A stretch of 64,000 nt of DNA from a virus: the IMG/VR virus record IMGVR_UViG_3300040960_001746; one strand, given 5' to 3'. The number at the start of each line of letters is the position of its first letter. Position 1 is the stretch's first letter. Below, piece by piece: positions 58,283 to 64,000 of the stretch. The translations under genes and the position numbers were made by a program. Under the pieces are notes generated by a model. The model was not told the DNA's origin, did not search any database, and was given only the letters and a program-made list of their open reading frames with translations.

Positions 58283-58435
58283 TTAATCATTGTTTTTTGA
58301 TTTGTTATTTTCGTTGATTAGTATTCTTCTACTATATGTAGGCATAATCATAATATCAGAATATGAGTAACCAAATCTAACTAGAAAATTTATCTCTTTG
58401 TGTAAATGTAATAGAAAATCAGAGTTCAGGCCAGA
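58283..58435 (-). CDS. Probable frameshift extension of the tail assembly chaperone (GT-like); not in the ORF track
   Basis: +1-frame ORF overlapping the chaperone stop: SGLNSDFLLHLHKEINFLVRFGYSYSDIMIMPTYSRRILINENNKSKNND; no ATG, GTG or TTG before the conserved-looking part. Confidence 0.7.
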   Translation of the reverse strand, partial: SGLNSDFLLHLHKEINFLVRFGYSYSDIMIMPTYSRRILINENNKSKNND

Positions 58436-59192
58436 AAAAATTCGATCCGAATCTAAGAAAGGTATCTAAGGACTCTCCCCCTTGAGTCCTTCCTTTTGTT
58501 TTAAAATCCATACCAGGTGTTATTTCGTCAATGTATTTTCTTAAAGATCTAGAATCTATAATGGGTAATTTTTTTAGTATGTTGGAAATTCTAATTTTAT
58601 CTCTTTCACCATCAATAGATTTGACTTGTTGTTCTAATTTAAACATTAATCTATTAGATACACCCTCATTATTTCTTTTTTCTTCTTTCTTTTCTTTAAA
58701 CTCTACTATTTCCTCATCTCTACCTGTTAATAAAGTAAAAGTTACTTTTTTATTAGTTTTAGGTAAAGTGTACTCAAACTCACCTTTATCATCTGGTTTA
58801 ACTGTTAATTTTTTTTGTTTTAAAGAACTTAAATCAATAGTACATTCTACAAATTCATTTTCTTCAGGATGAAAAACTAATTGTTTATATTCAGAACCAA
58901 AAGAAGTAACTCTCAAAAATAACATTATTGCGGTTCTATCACCGACTAATAAATCTTCAACACTAAAGTTTAAATCTTTGATTTTTCTTTTAAGTAATAT
59001 ATCTATCATTTTTCCACCACTAGAAATGTTAGGTGAAGTTAGAATTGATTCATCCATCGCAGTTAAATATTCTACTTTAACTGTCTTAATATTATTTCCA
59101 TAAAGAATTCCTTGTGACGGTAATTCTAAAATATCATACGGTGTCCTATACTCCTCTGGAATATAATCTGGACTTAATTGATTATCTGTCAT
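58419..59192 (-). CDS. Tail/baseplate hub assembly chaperone (T4 gp26-like)
   Basis: LELPSQG..Y, YLTAMDE.ILTSPN, LLVGDR.AI..FLR, DSR.LRKYI..ITPG and a C-terminal FFWP. Confidence 0.8.
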   Translation of the reverse strand: MTDNQLSPDYIPEEYRTPYDILELPSQGILYGNNIKTVKVEYLTAMDESILTSPNISSGGKMIDILLKRKIKDLNFSVEDLLVGDRTAIMLFLRVTSFGSEYKQLVFHPEENEFVECTIDLSSLKQKKLTVKPDDKGEFEYTLPKTNKKVTFTLLTGRDEEIVEFKEKKEEKRNNEGVSNRLMFKLEQQVKSIDGERDKIRISNILKKLPIIDSRSLRKYIDEITPGMDFKTKGRTQGGESLDTFLRFGSNFFWPEL

Positions 59193-59220
59193 AACTAAAT
59201 TATATAAAACTTTTTATAAT

Positions 59221-59228
59221 TATAAATA
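59221..59228 (-). promoter_or_regulatory. Putative late-promoter motif TATTTATA
   Basis: Intergenic, upstream of the chaperone gene. Confidence 0.55.
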
Positions 59229-59243
59229 TTTAAAAATAATTTT

Positions 59244-61586
59244 TTAAAAATTACATAGATTTTTTTGTTTATCGTACCAATAGTTAAAAGCGTCATCCCA
59301 ATCAGTAGTAAAATTATCTATTTGTGGAAACACCGATTTGAATTGTTCATTAAATAAATCCCAGATCTGATAACTAGTCATGGTTTTTCTTTCAGGATTA
59401 GGCCTGAACATATATTGTATACCATCTTCACCTGTTGTACATTCTAATTGTACAACTTCTTCTTTCCACAAATATTCCATTAAAGATTTAACAACAGAAC
59501 TGTCTTTACCATTTTCTTGACACCAACTTTCGTAATCACTGCGTTCAAAGGCAACTTCCCCCTCATCCTCAAATTCCATTTTACAATATTCTAATATTAC
59601 TTTAGTGTAAGTATTTTGCATAATATTTATACATTCTTCTACACTATTTGCAGAACCATATAATGCTGGATTAACTTCTTGCCAATTGATATAAACTTTA
59701 CCTTTTTCATCGTTATTTAATGTTAAATATCCAGCGTCATTAAATTTTCTTAATTCCTGTAATTTTACAGGTATATCGTTATTTTGATTTAAAGTTTCAC
59801 AATTTCTTGTATTAAATGCATTAGTAACATATCCAAAAATATTATTTACCCTATCTGCAACACATTTAACATTTTGTTGTGTACAAGTTAATTTTATGAG
59901 ACCCTTAATAGACCTTGGTTTACCATCTTTAAAAAGAATGCCAGGTAATTTACCCTCTTCTTTAATAGAATTTTTAACTAAATCTTCACCGCCTTCACCT
60001 AATTCATCTATTATAAATTCTACAATTTCTACTTTTTCTATTAATTCGGTAAATTTACCTTTTAATTTTTCTTCAATTTGTTCTACTTTAGTTTCATCAT
60101 TACACTCCATACAACATTCTTTTTGTTTTTCACCACAATCATCTTTATGACAACATTCCCAATTAGGACAAATTTTTTCAAGTTCCTCACAAATCTTAAT
60201 AAGCATATCATCACCTAAACCTTTAACATTATCCTGCATAGTATCAGTTAAACTTTCAATGTAATTGATTATGGCTTTAAGTGGTCCTGCCAAACATCTA
60301 CCCATCTTAGTAAAATAAGTTTCTTCCTCAACTGCGGCATCCTCACCAAACTCCTCTTTTCTTTTTTCTATTTGTTCAGGAGTAATCCAACTTTCTTTAA
60401 ATAAAGGGCATATTACTGTATACAATAATGCACCACCTCCACCTATCGAATAAATCCAAAATTTAATTTTTCTAATTCTATTATTTGCAGTAGCCAGTTC
60501 TTTTATTTGTTTGATTGCCTCATCTAATGATTCACCATCACTAAAATCTAAACCTTTTCTTTTAAGATAATTTTTATAGGCATCTAAATCTTTTTGATTT
60601 TTAAATTGTATTAAAAATATTTCTTCACTATTAGGGTTTCTATAAATAATAGTTTTTCCCCAATCTAAATTTTTATTTTTTATTTTTTCTAAAGATATAT
60701 CAACATTTTCTATATTTCTATTCACCAATTTATTTAATTTATTTTTAAAAGAACTTTCAACTATTTTATATGAAGGATTATCTCTAAACGCTTTTTGTAT
60801 TTCTATATCTAAATTTTTGGTATCTAAACCTAAATCTTCTTTAATTCTTAACCAAGAATCATTTAAATCTTTAGCTAATTCAAAATCTAAATTTTCTAAT
60901 CCGTCTAATTCTTTAAAGGAATTTTTTAATTCATCAATTGACTCAACCCCATCTTTACCTATCAATGAAATAAAGGCATTTTTAGTGGTTTTTGATTGTC
61001 CTCCTACTAATCCCCAAGTATCAACTATTTTATTTAATTTTTCTAAATGTAAATTTATTAAATTAAGTTCCTTAATACCATTTCTCGCAATTTGTAATTG
61101 AGCTAAATTTTCCGGAGATAAAACATCTAAAAGTTCTGTAGGGTAACTTTGTCTTAACCCATTTAAATAATTTTCTATAGTGCCAATTTTAATATCAAAA
61201 CCCTTTTCTAAAGAAATCTTTCTGATTAAATCTGAAAAACTACTAACAAATTGTTTAGTTGATACTCTGAGTGAGCTAGCCGATGGTAATTCTGTTAATG
61301 CAGTTCTTAAATTAGAAGCACTTTGTATTTTTGTGAAGGCATTATCAAAATTATTTATAGTGTTATTAATGTTATCACTTTGTTTTTCTAATACTTTTAT
61401 TTCATTACTATATTTTGCTAAATCAGTACTACCAGCACTTCTTTTTGCTGCCTTTATTATCTCATCACCTATACCTTCATTAATTATATTTTTTATTTTA
61501 TTGTGAGTCTCATTAAAAGTTAATCTTTTATCCATTCTTTCCATTAAGAATTTAATTTCATTGATATTAAGATTTTTTCTTTTCAT
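59244..61586 (-). CDS. Large hypothetical helical protein with one transmembrane segment and a Cys cluster
   Basis: 780 aa; FWIYSIGGGGALLYTVICPLF; CPNWECCHKDDCGEKQKECCMEC. Confidence 0.75.
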   Translation of the reverse strand: MKRKNLNINEIKFLMERMDKRLTFNETHNKIKNIINEGIGDEIIKAAKRSAGSTDLAKYSNEIKVLEKQSDNINNTINNFDNAFTKIQSASNLRTALTELPSASSLRVSTKQFVSSFSDLIRKISLEKGFDIKIGTIENYLNGLRQSYPTELLDVLSPENLAQLQIARNGIKELNLINLHLEKLNKIVDTWGLVGGQSKTTKNAFISLIGKDGVESIDELKNSFKELDGLENLDFELAKDLNDSWLRIKEDLGLDTKNLDIEIQKAFRDNPSYKIVESSFKNKLNKLVNRNIENVDISLEKIKNKNLDWGKTIIYRNPNSEEIFLIQFKNQKDLDAYKNYLKRKGLDFSDGESLDEAIKQIKELATANNRIRKIKFWIYSIGGGGALLYTVICPLFKESWITPEQIEKRKEEFGEDAAVEEETYFTKMGRCLAGPLKAIINYIESLTDTMQDNVKGLGDDMLIKICEELEKICPNWECCHKDDCGEKQKECCMECNDETKVEQIEEKLKGKFTELIEKVEIVEFIIDELGEGGEDLVKNSIKEEGKLPGILFKDGKPRSIKGLIKLTCTQQNVKCVADRVNNIFGYVTNAFNTRNCETLNQNNDIPVKLQELRKFNDAGYLTLNNDEKGKVYINWQEVNPALYGSANSVEECINIMQNTYTKVILEYCKMEFEDEGEVAFERSDYESWCQENGKDSSVVKSLMEYLWKEEVVQLECTTGEDGIQYMFRPNPERKTMTSYQIWDLFNEQFKSVFPQIDNFTTDWDDAFNYWYDKQKNLCNF

Positions 61587-61599
61587 ATTATATTATTTT

Positions 61600-64000
61600 T
61601 TATACTGTAATTTTTGCAATTAAATCATCTAAACTAATTCCGCTAGTAAAACTAACACCTAATTTTTTTTCTAATACATCTTTTATTTTAGCACAATTAC
61701 CACTTGAATCCTTCAATACCTCACCGTTTCCAGAATTTACACCTTCTGAAGACAATCCAGTATTAGAAGTTAAATCTACTTCACCGATAATAGGTATATC
61801 TACAAAAGTTTTTATACCTTTTTTATTTTCGTCCATTAGTTTAACAATAAATATATTAGTTAATTTAACATCACCATTACTATCAATAGTCCAATCACCC
61901 TCTAACTTAACATATGTTAATCCTACACCTATTTCATTTGGAGTTTTAGTAGTATCGATACCCTTTTTTGAAACAATTAAATTTACATTTTTACCACCTA
62001 TAGAAATAGTTTTTGTACATGCAATTGTATCTGTTACTTTAAAATACATATTGAATACTTTCCCATCTACACCATCAAACAAATTAACTAAAAAATAGTT
62101 ATTATCCCAACTACCTTTATCTTTTGCGTATAAACCTAAAACACAATCACCACTTTTAGTATTTGGGGATTGGAATTTTAGTTTAGTGTTCGATAGGTAT
62201 TTATTATAAATTACACCTAAATTAGTACCCGCACCTAAACATAAATCTTTACTATCTGGTTTCCTGATAATATATCCTTTATCCTGTAAAAAATTTTTCG
62301 CGTCATCTTCATTATCACAAACTTCATTTATTAAATTACCATATAATCTTTCATTTGTAAATAAAGATTTAATTCTTTCTATTTCTTCATTTAATTTCAT
62401 GTTTTTATTTATTTTTTCTTCTTTTATGTCGTTAGGATTTTCTTTTAAACCATTAATGAAATCGTTAATTTCTTCTTGATCCTCATCTGTTAAATTAATA
62501 TCTCCTGTAACTAGTACCGCAGTTTTTTCTTTTTTAGATATTTTTGGTTTATCTTTACTGTCTAATTTTTTTATTGTTTCATCTATTAGTTTAACTATCT
62601 CTTCTGTTTTTGATGTTTTTACCATACTAGTAATCTCATCTAAAGAGGGTACCATAATATTTACTATAGGTTCGATATCTACTTTTTTATATCTTTTACC
62701 ATTAATAATATCTAAAAATTTTTGATATAAATCACCTAATTTATCTTTTACTTCACCATCTGTTTCTTTTCTTAATTTTATTAAAGGTTCTAAAACAGAT
62801 AAAAATAATCGGTTTTCTTCTTCATAATCACTTTCATTAACACCTAAAGAACCTATATACGAATCTACTTTTTCTTTATTAGATATTATGTCATTAAAAT
62901 TTAAAAGTCTATCTTCATCGAAATTACCACTACTACCTTTTTCACCAAAAACACCTAAAGGATCTAAACCATATTTTTCATATAAATTGTGTAATACCTT
63001 ACCTAATTCGTCACTATATACATACATACCTAAGAAAATTGTACCTTGTATTACTGCCCCTCTAACACCTTTACTATATTTATTAGTCATTTTTAATAAA
63101 TCACCACCAGACTCATCAAACAACCTTTTCATATCATCAGGTTTTAATTCTTTAAACATTTTTTCTAAAATACCTTTATTTGGATTTGGTAAATCATTAA
63201 TTTTTTTATCGATTTGATTTAAAAATTCTTTTCCACCACTGTTTTTAAGATTATTGTTGAATTTAGTAAATTCTTTATAAAGTTTTTTCTCTGCGGGAGT
63301 TAATCGATTAGTCCAATTTGCGATATCTCTTTCTAATTTAAATGCATTTTTAATTTTACCTGTATCATCAACATGTTTAGATATAATAGTGCCCAAATCA
63401 TTTAATTTATTACTAAATTTAACACCACTTTTTGCGAGTGTTAAACCTTCTCCAATCCCAAACATACCTAATGCGGTTAAACCTGCGTTAAGTTTCCAAC
63501 CTTCATCAGCTTCTATCACATAACCAATCGCACTAATAGCATCTACAATACCACTAACAACTGCACCTACAGGTCCGAATGCGTAAGCCGCAATAGAAAC
63601 GATATCTAATATGCAATGCCAGTCAGTTACACAATCTTTAACCGCATCACCGATTCTTTCAGGATCATACCACTTTCTAGTGTCACTTACTTCCGCCCAT
63701 TCATATAATTTCTTATTATGAATTACGTCCTCATTGTTTCTCGCACACATACAATATCCTTGATTACCTACCCAACCAATAGATTTAGTGTTACCCTTTT
63801 CTAATTTTCTCTCTGTGGGATATGTAAATACACCCCCCCTATTTTGACAAACGTTCTTCCAAGAAAAAGTTTTATTATATTTTACAGGTGTGTCCACAAG
63901 TACTGCCGCACCACCAGAATAATCTCTTCTTTTTTCATATCTAACACCAGTACCATACACAACATCATCACACAATTGTTCTTCTTTTTGTGAACTTTGT
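61600..64000 (-). CDS. Large hypothetical protein, 5'-truncated by the window, with a pre-toxin-TG-like region
   Basis: The frame stays open upstream of the track's TTG start to the window edge (QSSQKEEQL); contains HCILDIVS..A..FGPVG..V...DAISA..Y. Confidence 0.75.
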   Translation of the reverse strand, partial: QSSQKEEQLCDDVVYGTGVRYEKRRDYSGGAAVLVDTPVKYNKTFSWKNVCQNRGGVFTYPTERKLEKGNTKSIGWVGNQGYCMCARNNEDVIHNKKLYEWAEVSDTRKWYDPERIGDAVKDCVTDWHCILDIVSIAAYAFGPVGAVVSGIVDAISAIGYVIEADEGWKLNAGLTALGMFGIGEGLTLAKSGVKFSNKLNDLGTIISKHVDDTGKIKNAFKLERDIANWTNRLTPAEKKLYKEFTKFNNNLKNSGGKEFLNQIDKKINDLPNPNKGILEKMFKELKPDDMKRLFDESGGDLLKMTNKYSKGVRGAVIQGTIFLGMYVYSDELGKVLHNLYEKYGLDPLGVFGEKGSSGNFDEDRLLNFNDIISNKEKVDSYIGSLGVNESDYEEENRLFLSVLEPLIKLRKETDGEVKDKLGDLYQKFLDIINGKRYKKVDIEPIVNIMVPSLDEITSMVKTSKTEEIVKLIDETIKKLDSKDKPKISKKEKTAVLVTGDINLTDEDQEEINDFINGLKENPNDIKEEKINKNMKLNEEIERIKSLFTNERLYGNLINEVCDNEDDAKNFLQDKGYIIRKPDSKDLCLGAGTNLGVIYNKYLSNTKLKFQSPNTKSGDCVLGLYAKDKGSWDNNYFLVNLFDGVDGKVFNMYFKVTDTIACTKTISIGGKNVNLIVSKKGIDTTKTPNEIGVGLTYVKLEGDWTIDSNGDVKLTNIFIVKLMDENKKGIKTFVDIPIIGEVDLTSNTGLSSEGVNSGNGEVLKDSSGNCAKIKDVLEKKLGVSFTSGISLDDLIAKITV

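Noticed and set aside
33943-59192. Bacterial extracellular contractile injection system locus
   Set aside because: Baseplate genes are interleaved with phage-type SSB, recombinase, helicase, primase and RNR, and no host housekeeping genes are present
5655-63217. The many short antisense or nested ORFs in the track (e.g. 5655-6113, 14669-15130, 34577-35275, 38898-39329, 43702-44145)
   Set aside because: They are shadows of real genes on the opposite strand or in another frame, with biased composition and no recognisable motifs
1-64000. Stop-codon reassignment as in some large phages
   Set aside because: Long genes are intact in code 11, coding density is high, and TAA, TAG and TGA all end genes
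1-64000. tRNA or rRNA genes
   Set aside because: Intergenic gaps are short and AT-rich and no cloverleaf or T-loop GTTCGA context was found by eye; tRNAscan-SE would be decisive

Overview
A 64-kb, very AT-rich segment of a large (probably jumbo) contractile-tailed phage. Almost all genes are on the minus strand and read cleanly in the standard genetic code. In minus-strand order it holds: large unknown proteins with membrane or toxin-like segments (59-64 kb); a tail-assembly chaperone with a probable frameshifted extension, the tape measure and baseplate hub genes (45-59 kb); a T4-like replication and recombination block of SSB, RecA/UvsX, 5'-3' exonuclease, DnaB-like helicase and class II RNR (36-43 kb); a ~29-kb baseplate and tail-fibre block ending in a RuvC-like resolvase (6.7-36 kb); a stand-alone IS200/IS605 tnpB element; then primase, a cyclic-phosphate receiver protein, a ParB-like protein, a PD-(D/E)XK nuclease and an Mre11/gp47-like nuclease (0-5.3 kb). 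Four TTTG-N19/20-TATATTTG promoters and a Bacteroidota-type beta-propeller point to a Bacteroidota host. The most notable items are: a TnpB element whose ends, TAM and guide can be read from the sequence and which carries the phage's putative late motif; a +1/-2 chaperone frameshift; a NusA-like segment in a gene placed between chaperone and tape measure; a shared N-terminal motif that may target proteins, including one with a pre-toxin-TG-like region, to the capsid; decayed GH19 and OmpA domains in hub proteins; and cysteine-rich, membrane-spanning baseplate-block proteins. No tRNA, rRNA or CRISPR array was seen. All family calls come from motif recognition by eye; no database searches were run.
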